From Patescibacteria group bacterium (lineage in GTDB: Bacteria; Patescibacteriota; Patescibacteriia; UBA9570; JAHJKD01), in the NCBI GenBank assembly GCA_043798935.1, contig JAZDOC010000019.1, positions 74,322-138,321 on the forward strand: a DNA stretch of 64,000 nucleotides, read 5' to 3'. Below are positions 48,031-58,521 of the stretch, in pieces. Under the pieces are notes generated by a model that was not told the DNA's origin, did not search any database, and was given only the letters and a program-made list of their open reading frames with translations. Both the position numbers and the translations under genes were made by a program. The first letter of the stretch is position 1; each line of letters starts with the position of its first letter.

Positions 48031-49038
48031 TTATTTTGTAGATAATAAAGATCTTTTATAGGATTCCAAATTTTCTAAAGCCACGCCCGTACCTTTAACA
48101 ACGTTTTGTAGGGGTTCATCGGCTAAATAAGCTGGAACATCTATTTCGCGAGATAATAACTCGTCTAGATTTCGAAGTTGGCCTGAACCACCGGAAATAA
48201 CCATGCCTTTATCGATAACATCAGCTGATAATTCAGGCGGTGTCTCTTGCAGGACTGATTTTACAGCTTGAATAATGCCATTTAAATCATCTTGGATGGC
48301 CTCAGTGATATCGTCTGACGTTACAGTTACTGTTCGTGGTAATCCGGAAATAATGTCACGCCCACGGACTTCCATAGATAACGGATCACTTAGTGGAAGT
48401 GCTGAACCAATTTTAATTTTTAATTCTTCAGCGGATCGCTCACCGATCGCTAAATTATATTTTTTTCTCACAAATTCAGAAATAGCATAATCAAATTTTG
48501 TTCCTCCAATTCTAACCGAAGTATTAGCCACGATTCCACCTAATGAAATTACCGCAATTTCTGATGTGCCACCACCAATTTCAATTATCATATGTCCTGA
48601 AGCACTGCCAATTGGAATATTTGCCCCGATGGCTGAAGCAATAGGTTGTTTTATAATAAACGCAGCTTTAGCGCCAGCTTGGATTGTCGCATCGATAACA
48701 GCTCTTCTTTCGGTGGATGTGATCCCCGCTGGTACAGCAATCATTACTTCGGGTTTTAAAATTCTAATTCCACCCAATGCTTTATTAATAAAATAACGCA
48801 ACATACTTTCAGTAGTACGATAATCAGCTATCACGCCGTCTTTTAAAGGACGCGATGCAATAATAGTATCTGGTGTGCGACCAAGCATATCACGAGCCTC
48901 GTTACCCACAGCCAATACCTTACGGTCCTGAATTGAAACCGCCACTACTGATGGCTCGTTAATGGCAATGCCACGCTTAGGTACATAAACTAATGTATTA
49001 ACCGTACCTAAATCTATACCAATTTTCTTAACAAACAT
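48031..49038 (-). CDS. second MreB/Mbl-family actin homolog embedded in the glycan operon
   Basis: 335 aa. GIDLGTVNTLVYV plus all actin-fold blocks. About 55% identical to MreB at 40259..41311 by eye. Confidence 0.85.
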   Translation of the reverse strand: MFVKKIGIDLGTVNTLVYVPKRGIAINEPSVVAVSIQDRKVLAVGNEARDMLGRTPDTIIASRPLKDGVIADYRTTESMLRYFINKALGGIRILKPEVMIAVPAGITSTERRAVIDATIQAGAKAAFIIKQPIASAIGANIPIGSASGHMIIEIGGGTSEIAVISLGGIVANTSVRIGGTKFDYAISEFVRKKYNLAIGERSAEELKIKIGSALPLSDPLSMEVRGRDIISGLPRTVTVTSDDITEAIQDDLNGIIQAVKSVLQETPPELSADVIDKGMVISGGSGQLRNLDELLSREIDVPAYLADEPLQNVVKGTGVALENLESYKRSLLSTK

Positions 49039-49039
49039 G

Positions 49040-50995
49040 CTATTTTAATTGAATTTTTATGCTTTTATCTGTGCGTAAATCTCCACTCAGTTGCACTTTA
49101 TTATTATCCATTTCAGCATTTAAGTCAAGAGCACTAATTTCTTTAATAGATTGCCCAATGTCAAAATTTATTGTTAATCCATGATTTAAAGTACCCGCTT
49201 GTTTCTGGATATATAATTGATATTCATTATTTGAAATTAAATTTTTAATTTCTAACGGCAATTTATAAGTTAAAACAATCTGCTCCTGTGCTTTTGGCTC
49301 AATTGCAATAAAACCTTCAAACACAGTTTTGTTTAATTCCTCATCTTGTTTGACCAAAGCCGCGGTAGGAGTGCCTCCTTTTAATTTATCGTTCGTCATG
49401 AAACCGGTGGATGATATTAATTCACTCCCCAGCGGCACATAAATTCTGGCATAGCTTCGATAACGCGTTGTGGTATTAGAAAAAGTTCCATTATTCTGAT
49501 ACGTTGCTGTTAATGTTGCAATCAAATCCTCGCCATTCTTACTTAATTTATAATCTATTGATCGATCCATTACTTTATCTGTTTTTAATGCTGCCATATT
49601 ACTATCGACGAGCATTATAAAATCTTCGCCTGTATATTCTTGATCACGAACACTGCCGTCCCACTTTAAAGTCGTAATATATTTCTGCACTTCTTCATTC
49701 TTAAAAGATAATAAAATATGTTTCTCATTAGCATCTTGATTAATCATGTTCCAAACATCTCCCCACTTCTCTTTGGGTAAATTTAATATTCGATCCATGA
49801 GTATAGTTGCCAATTCGCTGATAATGTCTTTTCTTTCAGCATCTGACTCGCCCGCAGCTTGATATCTAAATTCTACCCGTTGCTGTAATTTGTCGATAAA
49901 ATTCTCCTCATTATATTCCTCTCCTTCGATTTCTATAGCACCGGTTAATTTAACCAGAGACAAAATAAATTCCGGATCGACAGCAATCACCGCGTCTATA
50001 TTCTGTTCAGCACCATTTTCTAAGTGATATAATTCTTCAGTTTTATTGGCTGAAGTCGGAAAATCTGGCGACCAATTAGCATCACGCATGTACATGGCTT
50101 TAGCATCAACATATTTCGCAAATTCATCTTGTGGTGGTAAAAATAAAAACTGCTCAGCTGGCCCATCCAGATTATAAATATTATCAGTATCAAAATAACT
50201 TATTTCAGCCGAATCAAATTTTAAAATTCCGTAAGTTCCAACAAATCCGCCAGTTGCGCGTAGCTCAGTATTATTTTGCAATAAAAATAAATAAGTAGTT
50301 TCATCTGGATAACCTAATGCACTTGGCAAAACTTCAACTAATGGTAAGGCTTTAGAAGTTAATTCTTTAATTAAAGGTAAATTATCGTTAATTGGTGCCA
50401 AAGCATCTCGCAAAGGCTTTACAAGTCCTTTTTCCGGAATTTGTTCCAAATCGAATAGGGCTAAATTTAATTTATCCGTTGATTGCTTAATAGTATCGGG
50501 TGAATTGTAAAGTTTTTCAAGAATCTGTCTTTTCTTGGCTTTACTAATCGAATTAAATGTTGTTTCTGCCCCATCAAGCTTCAAAATATTAGCAATATCT
50601 TCACCAAGCAAAGATAAGTCTTCAAGTCCATCTGCAATACTAATACCTGCCAATAATAAATGATTAACAGCCATAAATTGCTTACCTGCAAAGGGTGCGC
50701 TTTCTACCCAGCTGTATTTTTCCATAATCTGGCTAGCGGTTGAAAAATGCTCTGCAGCCTGATTCAGTTCGGTAGCCATCATCGCAAAATTTTGCTCTTT
50801 AATGGCTTGTTGAGCATTAGTAAAATTATTCTTGCCATCTATTGCTTCTTGATATAAAGAATTAAAATTTTTGTAATTCAATAAACCAAAAATTAATATT
50901 ATTAAAACTATTACGCCAACAATAATACTTATAACTTTTAAGCTCTTCTTTAATTTATAATGTTTATTTGCTTTTTTATCAATTGTTAATTTCAT
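49040..50995 (-). CDS. large membrane-anchored extracytoplasmic protein, DUF4012-like (tentative)
   Basis: 651 aa. Single N-terminal TM, long alpha-helical N-region, beta-rich C-region. Sits in the GT operon. Confidence 0.4.
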   Translation of the reverse strand: MKLTIDKKANKHYKLKKSLKVISIIVGVIVLIILIFGLLNYKNFNSLYQEAIDGKNNFTNAQQAIKEQNFAMMATELNQAAEHFSTASQIMEKYSWVESAPFAGKQFMAVNHLLLAGISIADGLEDLSLLGEDIANILKLDGAETTFNSISKAKKRQILEKLYNSPDTIKQSTDKLNLALFDLEQIPEKGLVKPLRDALAPINDNLPLIKELTSKALPLVEVLPSALGYPDETTYLFLLQNNTELRATGGFVGTYGILKFDSAEISYFDTDNIYNLDGPAEQFLFLPPQDEFAKYVDAKAMYMRDANWSPDFPTSANKTEELYHLENGAEQNIDAVIAVDPEFILSLVKLTGAIEIEGEEYNEENFIDKLQQRVEFRYQAAGESDAERKDIISELATILMDRILNLPKEKWGDVWNMINQDANEKHILLSFKNEEVQKYITTLKWDGSVRDQEYTGEDFIMLVDSNMAALKTDKVMDRSIDYKLSKNGEDLIATLTATYQNNGTFSNTTTRYRSYARIYVPLGSELISSTGFMTNDKLKGGTPTAALVKQDEELNKTVFEGFIAIEPKAQEQIVLTYKLPLEIKNLISNNEYQLYIQKQAGTLNHGLTINFDIGQSIKEISALDLNAEMDNNKVQLSGDLRTDKSIKIQLK

Positions 50996-51804
50996 TTTTT
51001 TTTATTTAGTTGTCTTTTTTTAGATAAATATTTAAGCCAATCTTTGATGTGAATTCGAGTAATGTAATTAAACAAACTTCCAAAACCTCCCCAAATACTT
51101 TTTTGCGCCGATTCGCGTTTATGATAATGAATGATCTTTGTATCATGATAATAATAAACTTTATAACCATTAGCACTGGCCCGATCGCATAATTCATAAT
51201 CAGCAAAGTACAGAAAAAAAATTTCATCAAACGCGCCGTATTTTTCAATAAACTTTTTTCTCAGTAACATGCATGCTCCTAAAATCCATTCCACGACAAT
51301 CGTTTCATTATGATTAAAATCGTTCATGAGATGATTATTTAAATCTCGCTTGGCAAATTTTAGCTTTCCCAACGGAGTACGTCGCCAAATTGGCGTAAAC
51401 AATGAATAGGAACGATAGCAAGATCTCTGGACACTACCATCACCATTTAAAAGCCTTGGGCCAACAATAGCAACTTTTGATTGCTGATCCATAAACTTCA
51501 GCAAATTTGATAAATCTTCACTGTTTTTAAAAATTATATCAGTATTAAGAATTAAAATATATTCCCCCTGCGCTTGTTTAATACCTAAATTATTACCTCG
51601 TGCATGCCCGCAGTTTATTTTGGATACAATTAATTTTATTTGCGGAAATTTTTCTTTCATCATATCCACTGAATCATCAACTGACGCATTGTCAACAACA
51701 ATTATTTCATAGGGAAAATCTAATTTTAAGGCAATTAAATTCTGCAAACATAAACGTAGCAAATTTTGAGTATTATAGTTTAAAATAATTATTGATAACT
51801 TCAT
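50992..51804 (-). CDS. family-2 glycosyltransferase
   Basis: 270 aa. N-terminal GT2 block LSIIILNYNTQNLL...IIVVDNASVDDS. Confidence 0.8.
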   Translation of the reverse strand: MKLSIIILNYNTQNLLRLCLQNLIALKLDFPYEIIVVDNASVDDSVDMMKEKFPQIKLIVSKINCGHARGNNLGIKQAQGEYILILNTDIIFKNSEDLSNLLKFMDQQSKVAIVGPRLLNGDGSVQRSCYRSYSLFTPIWRRTPLGKLKFAKRDLNNHLMNDFNHNETIVVEWILGACMLLRKKFIEKYGAFDEIFFLYFADYELCDRASANGYKVYYYHDTKIIHYHKRESAQKSIWGGFGSLFNYITRIHIKDWLKYLSKKRQLNKKK

Positions 51805-52742
51805 ATCTTTTTACTATCGTGAATAAATTTTCTTTTTAATAAAATACGTTTTATATTATTAGGTTCAGATTTCAGACAATACATAAAAGTATTTAATTCG
51901 AATATCAAAACATAAATTAATTTAATAGATTCATAACCCAGAATAAAGGGCCAATCTAAAATTGTTTTTAAGGTAAATTCATTTTTCATTAGCACCCACC
52001 AGTGGTTACGATAACTCATGGCCTTAATTACTCTATTTTGCAAAGAACGATTTTTAAATGAACTCTTTTGAACAGATCTTTTGTGCCAAGCCATAGCCAT
52101 GGGTTCGTACCATATCTTCCATCCCGAAGTGTTTAAACGATAAGAAAGATCTATGTCTTCCTTATAGGCTACAAATTGTTCATCAAAATATTCATTTTCA
52201 AATTTAATACTTTCTAAAGCGTCGCGTTTCACTAAAAAAAGCGCTCCGGAAACGCCAAATATTTGCTGGTCTTTATTGTATTGGCTCAAATCTTTTTTAT
52301 TTTCGCCAATGTTTATATACTTTCGAAAAATATTTTTTTCTAAACCAACTCCGTCAAATATATCAGTTTTCTTAGTGTCAGTCAATCTATATACTTTTCC
52401 GGTCACAGCACCTATTTGAGGACTAACGCTTATTCGCTCGACTAATTTTGCAACACACTCTTTATGTAAGACAACATCGTCGTTTAGAATAAATATATAT
52501 TTACCGCTGGCCAAATTAATACCGATATTATTGCCTTTAGCAAACCAATAATTTTCTGAATTTTCTTTAATAATTGCCGTGGGACAAATTTGTTTGGCTA
52601 TCATAACGGTAGCATCTTGGGAAGCATTATCAACAATAATAATTTCTAGATTTTGATATGACTGAACTTTAATGGATTCAAGCACACCAGAAATATTTTC
52701 AGCGCTATTATAAGTTAAAATAACAATTGATACTTTTTCCAT
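51801..52742 (-). CDS. family-2 glycosyltransferase
   Basis: 313 aa. VSIVILTYNSAENI...IIIVDNASQDAT. Confidence 0.8.
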   Translation of the reverse strand: MEKVSIVILTYNSAENISGVLESIKVQSYQNLEIIIVDNASQDATVMIAKQICPTAIIKENSENYWFAKGNNIGINLASGKYIFILNDDVVLHKECVAKLVERISVSPQIGAVTGKVYRLTDTKKTDIFDGVGLEKNIFRKYINIGENKKDLSQYNKDQQIFGVSGALFLVKRDALESIKFENEYFDEQFVAYKEDIDLSYRLNTSGWKIWYEPMAMAWHKRSVQKSSFKNRSLQNRVIKAMSYRNHWWVLMKNEFTLKTILDWPFILGYESIKLIYVLIFELNTFMYCLKSEPNNIKRILLKRKFIHDSKKI

Positions 52743-52744
52743 TT

Positions 52745-54232
52745 TTATTTATCTAGTGAATAAAACTGACCAACTAATAATATCCAACCGATACCGAGCG
52801 GATGATTTAAATAAGGCGTTAAAAAATGAATTGCAATTAATGCGACAAGACCTAAAAGCGAACCAAAATAAATAAACTTCCAATCGATGTTATTTTCATT
52901 CATAGTATGTTTTAAACCACTAGAAAAGATTTTCCAGAGCAACAAAACATAAACAATAAATCCAATCAAGCCTAATTTCAACCATAAATCTAAATAGCCC
53001 CATTCAAAAGCATAAGTAGTATAATTCCCATCAAAATTAGATTTCATAGCCCGTGGATCTTGAGATTTATAAGTTACTGTGGTGCCAAAACCACCACCCA
53101 TAAACCAATTCTCAAAATTTTTAGTTAGAAGCGGCTTTAATAGCTCTATTCGAGAGGACCCAGCCGCTTCTTGAGTTGGATCTTTTGTGCGCTCACTAAT
53201 TAAACTCATGGCATTTACTTTGCTATTTCCAGGGAGAGGAAAATTTACAATTCCCAAGGCTAACCCATAATCAATAATAAATATTAAACCCACAACTAAT
53301 AATATTGTGGCAATTTTTTTATATTTAATTTTTAATAAAAACAACGCACTAAAACCATATACAACTAAAGATCCTAGCACTGCTACCCAAAAACTACGTG
53401 AATAACTCGTAAATATAATTAATATCGATAAACAAAAACCCAGATAAAAAAGCTTATTTTGTTTAATGTTTAATTCTTGTTTTTTATATAAAGTAATGGC
53501 TGACAATCCTAAAAAAAATATAAAAATAGAATATAAATGACTTTGAAAAAAGATCCGATAAAAATCGTTGTCCATTCTAACAATTTCACCAACTCCGCTT
53601 CGCCGCACCCATTGGTAAACACCGGCAACATAATAATAAAAAATATTTTGTTGCGAAAAAATAAATAGTAACAAAATAGTTTTAATAAAGCTGGTCAAAG
53701 TTGCCGCTAGCATTACCTGTAAGGAATTTAAAAATTTATTTTTATCATTTATAATCTGCGTGATTGGCAGAATTAACCCAAAAAATAAATATCCATTGGC
53801 ATCAAAAAAAATATTTTTTAATTCATTGTTTTTCGCGTAACCAATTATTACAGCCGTAATTAAAAAAAAGAATAATGCTAGATAATAATTTTTAAATTTA
53901 TTTTGAAAAAATAAAATCTTTCTTTGGCGAATAATCCAAATGAAATAAGCAACAAAAACTGCCAAAAACAAACCTAAACGCAGAGAAACGGAAAAATTAT
54001 TGATATTAAAAAACAATAAATAGCCTTTAGAGCCGATTACTAATTCAGCCAGTATTATATATATCCCCCACTCTAAATTTTTTAAAGACAATAAAAAACA
54101 AATGATTATTACAATCCCGAAAAATAATTGATTTAGAGTAATATTATCTAGCACTATCCAAGATAATAATTCAATAATTATAATTGCTAGAAATGTAATT
54201 TTAAATAAACGGCTAAAAAAAAGATTTTTCAT
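52745..54232 (-). CDS. O-antigen ligase/Wzy-like polysaccharide polymerase (polytopic membrane protein)
   Basis: 495 aa with about 12 TM helices and a large periplasmic loop. Positioned among GT genes and the flippase. Confidence 0.6.
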   Translation of the reverse strand: MKNLFFSRLFKITFLAIIIIELLSWIVLDNITLNQLFFGIVIIICFLLSLKNLEWGIYIILAELVIGSKGYLLFFNINNFSVSLRLGLFLAVFVAYFIWIIRQRKILFFQNKFKNYYLALFFFLITAVIIGYAKNNELKNIFFDANGYLFFGLILPITQIINDKNKFLNSLQVMLAATLTSFIKTILLLFIFSQQNIFYYYVAGVYQWVRRSGVGEIVRMDNDFYRIFFQSHLYSIFIFFLGLSAITLYKKQELNIKQNKLFYLGFCLSILIIFTSYSRSFWVAVLGSLVVYGFSALFLLKIKYKKIATILLVVGLIFIIDYGLALGIVNFPLPGNSKVNAMSLISERTKDPTQEAAGSSRIELLKPLLTKNFENWFMGGGFGTTVTYKSQDPRAMKSNFDGNYTTYAFEWGYLDLWLKLGLIGFIVYVLLLWKIFSSGLKHTMNENNIDWKFIYFGSLLGLVALIAIHFLTPYLNHPLGIGWILLVGQFYSLDK

Positions 54233-55092
54233 TTATGTTTATAATTTTTCAAAACACGCGCAAAAATTAAACTAATCGCTTGTGCGCTACTGATAATCAG
54301 ATAGCTGAATAAATTATGTTGCTTCTTAAAAAAGTATCGCATACTACGCATAAACATCATCTGTTTTTCGAAAGTAAGAATTTGTGAAAAACTAACCGCT
54401 TTTACATGGTGGCAACTAACAAGCGGTGTATAATAAATTTTGTATCCAGCTTGGCGCATTCTAATTTGTAAATCTACTTCTTCAAACCAAATAAAAAAAT
54501 TTTCATCAAAATTACCAACATGTTCTAAAACAGATCGCGTCGTAAGCATAAATGCACCCATTACCTGCTCTACCATTTGCTCTTTAGAATAATTAAAACT
54601 ATGCTGTTCATAATTTTTAAGCAAACTCGGCCACAAATGATGTAATTTGGATATTATAATAAGTTGGTTGATTAAATTAGGATCACGCCTGACGCTTAAT
54701 TGCAAACTACCATCGGAGTTTAATAATTTACACGCTAAAATGCCTATTTTATTATCGTGCCGATTAAGCATTTTGAATTCGTTTAATAGTATAAAAAAAA
54801 TATTTCCAAATATTTCTGTATCATCATTTAAAAATAAAATATATTTTCCCTGGACTTTTTTCAGTGCCTGGTTGTTTGCTTTGGCAAAACCCAAATTTTT
54901 TTTATTGTTAATAACTTTTACTTGGGGAAAATCTTTTTCAATCATGTTCAAACTGCCATCATTAGAGGCATTATCAACCACTAAAACTTCGAATTTGAAG
55001 TTTTTTAAATTTGTGAATACAAAAATTGATTTTAAACACTTAAATAAGTACTTTTTAGCATTCCAAGAAACGATGACAATTGATAAATCCAT
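54229..55092 (-). CDS. family-2 glycosyltransferase
   Basis: 287 aa. LSIVIVSWNAKKYL...VLVVDNASNDGS. Confidence 0.8.
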   Translation of the reverse strand: MDLSIVIVSWNAKKYLFKCLKSIFVFTNLKNFKFEVLVVDNASNDGSLNMIEKDFPQVKVINNKKNLGFAKANNQALKKVQGKYILFLNDDTEIFGNIFFILLNEFKMLNRHDNKIGILACKLLNSDGSLQLSVRRDPNLINQLIIISKLHHLWPSLLKNYEQHSFNYSKEQMVEQVMGAFMLTTRSVLEHVGNFDENFFIWFEEVDLQIRMRQAGYKIYYTPLVSCHHVKAVSFSQILTFEKQMMFMRSMRYFFKKQHNLFSYLIISSAQAISLIFARVLKNYKHK

Positions 55093-55167
55093 ATGTATAA
55101 AATACCAAAAAAATCAAAAAAAATCAATCCTTTTTGGATTAACACTTTTAACTTCGCAAAACAACAA

Positions 55168-56241
55168 TTATAATAAAATATTTTGTAATTGCTGGGCTTT
55201 AGCTTTCAAATTAAATTCCTGATCAACTCTAATTTTACCTTGATAGCCCATTTTATGCGCCATGTCTTTATTAGTGATCAAGCGCACAACAGCCTGGCAG
55301 ATCATAGAGGTGTTTTCCGGCTCGACTAGAAAACCAGTATATCCATCGACGACGGCATCGGTTACTCCGCCGCTCTGACCACCGATTACCGGCTTTTCAA
55401 ACGAATTGGCTTCTAAATAAACAATGCCAAAGCCTTCTACATCACGATTAGGCATTTCGCGTGGCACCATAATAAAAACATCAGCTATAGCATAATAACT
55501 AGCGGTTTTTTGATCTGATAATTCTCCGGTAAAAATAACTTGTTTATCCAAATTAAGTTTTGAAACAAGTTTTTTTAATTGATTTTTGTAATTACCGTCA
55601 CCAACGATAATATATTGTAAATTTGGAATTTCTTTTAATATTTCGGGCAAAGCTTTAATAACCATATCATGGCCTTTTCGCTGAACTAACCGCCCCACAG
55701 TAAGTAGTACGGGCTTATGCTTTTTACAACACTCTTTAATTGCTTCCGGATATTTGCTGGGTACAATATTTGGGACCGGAAAAATAATCTCAATTTTCCT
55801 TTGATATCGACTACTAATTAATTTTAAAATTTCAAATTTAGTGTATGTTGAAATGGTAATTATTTTTTTAGCTTCAACTAGTATTTTCTTCATTAGCCAT
55901 TGTTTACGACGGTACTGCTTAACATAAGTTACTTCCATGGCCATAATGAAAACCACATAAGGAATTTTTAACCATTTTGATAAAAGCCAAACCACTGTTC
56001 CAAGCGGTAGAATTTGGCCGACCATAATTATTTCGATATCATTTTCTTTAACAAATTTTTTGATAGTAAAAAAACTTTTAATCCATCCTAAAAAAGGTAT
56101 CCGCCAAAGTAATTTATTTTTTTCATTGGTTAAAACTAAAATTTTTTCTGCCGGCAAATTATTAACTAAATTACTATAATAATGAGCCACACCCCCTATT
56201 TGCGGTGGATATTCTAGTGTCACTAATAAACTTTTTTTCAT
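55168..56241 (-). CDS. family-4 glycosyltransferase (GT-B)
   Basis: 357 aa. EGFGIVYLEANSFEKPVIGG...GFLVEP. Confidence 0.8.
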   Translation of the reverse strand: MKKSLLVTLEYPPQIGGVAHYYSNLVNNLPAEKILVLTNEKNKLLWRIPFLGWIKSFFTIKKFVKENDIEIIMVGQILPLGTVVWLLSKWLKIPYVVFIMAMEVTYVKQYRRKQWLMKKILVEAKKIITISTYTKFEILKLISSRYQRKIEIIFPVPNIVPSKYPEAIKECCKKHKPVLLTVGRLVQRKGHDMVIKALPEILKEIPNLQYIIVGDGNYKNQLKKLVSKLNLDKQVIFTGELSDQKTASYYAIADVFIMVPREMPNRDVEGFGIVYLEANSFEKPVIGGQSGGVTDAVVDGYTGFLVEPENTSMICQAVVRLITNKDMAHKMGYQGKIRVDQEFNLKAKAQQLQNILL

Positions 56242-57732
56242 TTATTTATTTTTTACGGCCTGAATAAAAGATTTAAACTCGCTTTTAGTTAATCCGCGTG
56301 TAATAAAAAGAAAAGTGCCATAAACTAAAATACCAGTAATAATTAATAAAATCAATTGTAAGCTTGAACTTAGGATATTGTATTTTTCTAAATATATTCT
56401 TAACCCATAGACCGATACACCCATTATTAAACTAGCCGTAAAAATACTTAAAAAACGTTTAATTAAATAACGATAATCAAATTTGATCATTTTGTAAACC
56501 CACGGCAAACCTAAACATACTAGTACAGTAGAGCTAGATAAAGCACTGATACAAGCGCCGACGATATTGTAATAGCGGATTAAAAAATAATTTAATGTAA
56601 TATTAATAATCAAAGCTATGCCGGTGTTAATAGTATTTAAAACTTGCTTATTGGCCGCGTTTAAAAAATTACCTACTGGATAATTTAAAAAAATAAATAA
56701 TAATGCCACAATATAAATTCTTAAAGGTGTAATAGATTCAGTAAAAGATTCGCTCCAAACAGTTAGAATAATTTTATCGGCCAAAACTAATACTCCGGCC
56801 ATTATCGGTAAACTAAGAAGCATCATATACGATATTCCGTTTTCAAAAATGGTTTTAACTTTTGAAATATCGCGTTTAATATAATAACTAATTGATGGGA
56901 AATAACTGCTTGCAAAAGCACCCGATAACACAGTTAACGCTAATGTTAATTTAAACGCCAAGGCATACAAACCAGCATAATGATTTCCATCCTTTAAAAT
57001 ATATTTTAACATCAACATATCAACAGTACCGTTTAAACGTACAAAAATTCCAGCTACGGCAAATGGCGCAGCAATAATAAAAATCTTTTTAAAATCAATA
57101 TAATTATATGCCCCCTTAATAATGATGTTTGTTTTCTTTTTAATTAAAATTAAAAAATACACAAAGCTAAAAGAACTGCCCAAAAAAAGTACTACTAATA
57201 AAAAGAAAACTGATTGTGTGTATATCAAACCATACAAGCCCACACAAAAAATAATACCTTGATAAATTAATACATTAATTGCTTCGTATTGTAAATTTTT
57301 TAAGGCTCGAAACACGCAAAAAAAAGTAAATATCAGTGTGTCTAATAGAATTACAAATGTTCCAATATAAATTAAAAACAAGTCTTCGTTGGTATAATTC
57401 TCAGGTTTAAAATAATGCAAAAGATTTGCTACTGTTACTAAGCCTACTATGGTTGAAATAATTAACACTATTTTTAAGCCTAAAATTTTACTAAATAAAT
57501 TTGGGAGATTCTCTTCTTCTTTAGCCGCTTCGCGGGTAAGCACTGGCCCTAAACCAAAATCCATGAAAACAATAAAAATGCCGGTGAAACTTAACACGGC
57601 CTGATATTGCCCTAAAGCATCGGTACCTAAAATTTTAGCTAAAAATGCAAAGTAGATGAATGACAATGCTTTTTGAAAAATAGACGCAATTGTTAGATAT
57701 GTTGTATTCTGCGTTATTTTTGAAGATTCCAT
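56242..57732 (-). CDS. Wzx-type oligosaccharide flippase (MOP superfamily)
   Basis: 496 aa with about 14 TM helices. First gene of the glycan operon, directly after a terminator. Confidence 0.75.
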   Translation of the reverse strand: MESSKITQNTTYLTIASIFQKALSFIYFAFLAKILGTDALGQYQAVLSFTGIFIVFMDFGLGPVLTREAAKEEENLPNLFSKILGLKIVLIISTIVGLVTVANLLHYFKPENYTNEDLFLIYIGTFVILLDTLIFTFFCVFRALKNLQYEAINVLIYQGIIFCVGLYGLIYTQSVFFLLVVLFLGSSFSFVYFLILIKKKTNIIIKGAYNYIDFKKIFIIAAPFAVAGIFVRLNGTVDMLMLKYILKDGNHYAGLYALAFKLTLALTVLSGAFASSYFPSISYYIKRDISKVKTIFENGISYMMLLSLPIMAGVLVLADKIILTVWSESFTESITPLRIYIVALLFIFLNYPVGNFLNAANKQVLNTINTGIALIINITLNYFLIRYYNIVGACISALSSSTVLVCLGLPWVYKMIKFDYRYLIKRFLSIFTASLIMGVSVYGLRIYLEKYNILSSSLQLILLIITGILVYGTFLFITRGLTKSEFKSFIQAVKNK

Positions 57733-57777
57733 AAAAAAATAAATCCCTCTTTATAAAAATATAAAAGGGGATGTTTT
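57733..57777 (-). terminator. putative rho-independent terminator after rpsI
   Basis: On the - strand, ATCCCCTTTTAT-ATTTTT-ATAAAGAGGGAT is an imperfect hairpin followed by a T-run just before the wzx ATG. Confidence 0.35.
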
Positions 57778-58185
57778 TTAACGTTTAGACCACTGTGGAG
57801 CGCGACGAGCACGTCTTAAGCCCGGTTTCTTTCTTTCTTTTTTACGCGAATCTCTTTTAAGTAATCCTTGTTTTTTTAAATCAATTTTTAATTCTTCATT
57901 AAATATAACAAGGGCTCTGGCTAAAGCCAAAGAGACACTATCGGCCTGAGCACTTTTACCACCACCGGAGGTTTTTATTGTAGCTGAAACCTGAATTGCT
58001 AAATTAGTAAGTTTTAAAGGTTTAACAGCGCGATTAGATAGTTCGGTTGTTGAAAAATATGTTTTAATATCTTTATCATTAACCAAGATTTTTCCATCGC
58101 CTTGAGTAAATAATCGTACGCGACTAATAGCTGTTTTTCTTCTACCGACAGTAGCAATATAAGATTTTTTTATAATTTTAGCCAT
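57778..58185 (-). CDS. rpsI: 30S ribosomal protein S9
   Basis: 135 aa with the C-terminal ...KPGLRRARRAPQWSKR signature. Confidence 0.95.
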   Translation of the reverse strand: MAKIIKKSYIATVGRRKTAISRVRLFTQGDGKILVNDKDIKTYFSTTELSNRAVKPLKLTNLAIQVSATIKTSGGGKSAQADSVSLALARALVIFNEELKIDLKKQGLLKRDSRKKERKKPGLRRARRAPQWSKR

Positions 58186-58186
58186 A

Positions 58187-58519
58187 TTATTGGATAGTTA
58201 ATCTTTTCAAATATTCTTTTCTTAATTTATTCTTTGGCAACATATTATATAAAGCTTTTTTTAATAACTCTTTTCGAGGCATGTCTATTACTTTCTTTGT
58301 TTTTATACCACCTGGATATCCAGAATATCGATAATAAACTTTGTCGGCCTCTTTCTTTCCAGTAAGTTTTAATTTATCAATATTGATTACTTTGACTTTA
58401 TCGCCGGTAATTTTATTAGGTTGATAATCGGCTTTATTTTTACCCATTAAAACAACCGCTACTTGAGATGCGATTCTTCCTAATGCGATATCGGTTGCGT
58501 CGATGATTATTTCTTTCAT
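58187..58519 (-). CDS. rplM: 50S ribosomal protein L13 (short form)
   Basis: 110 aa. N-terminal IIDATDIALGRIASQVAVVLMGK block. Conserved rplM-rpsI pair. Confidence 0.85.
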   Translation of the reverse strand: MKEIIIDATDIALGRIASQVAVVLMGKNKADYQPNKITGDKVKVINIDKLKLTGKKEADKVYYRYSGYPGGIKTKKVIDMPRKELLKKALYNMLPKNKLRKEYLKRLTIQ

Positions 58520-58521
58520 AA

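Noticed and set aside
55093-55167. ccaaaaa-N19-tttttgg inverted repeat in the only sizeable gap of the glycan operon
   Set aside because: An A/T-only 7-bp stem with a 19-nt loop is too weak to call a terminator or attenuator. It is more likely the internal promoter or RBS region of the downstream GT2.
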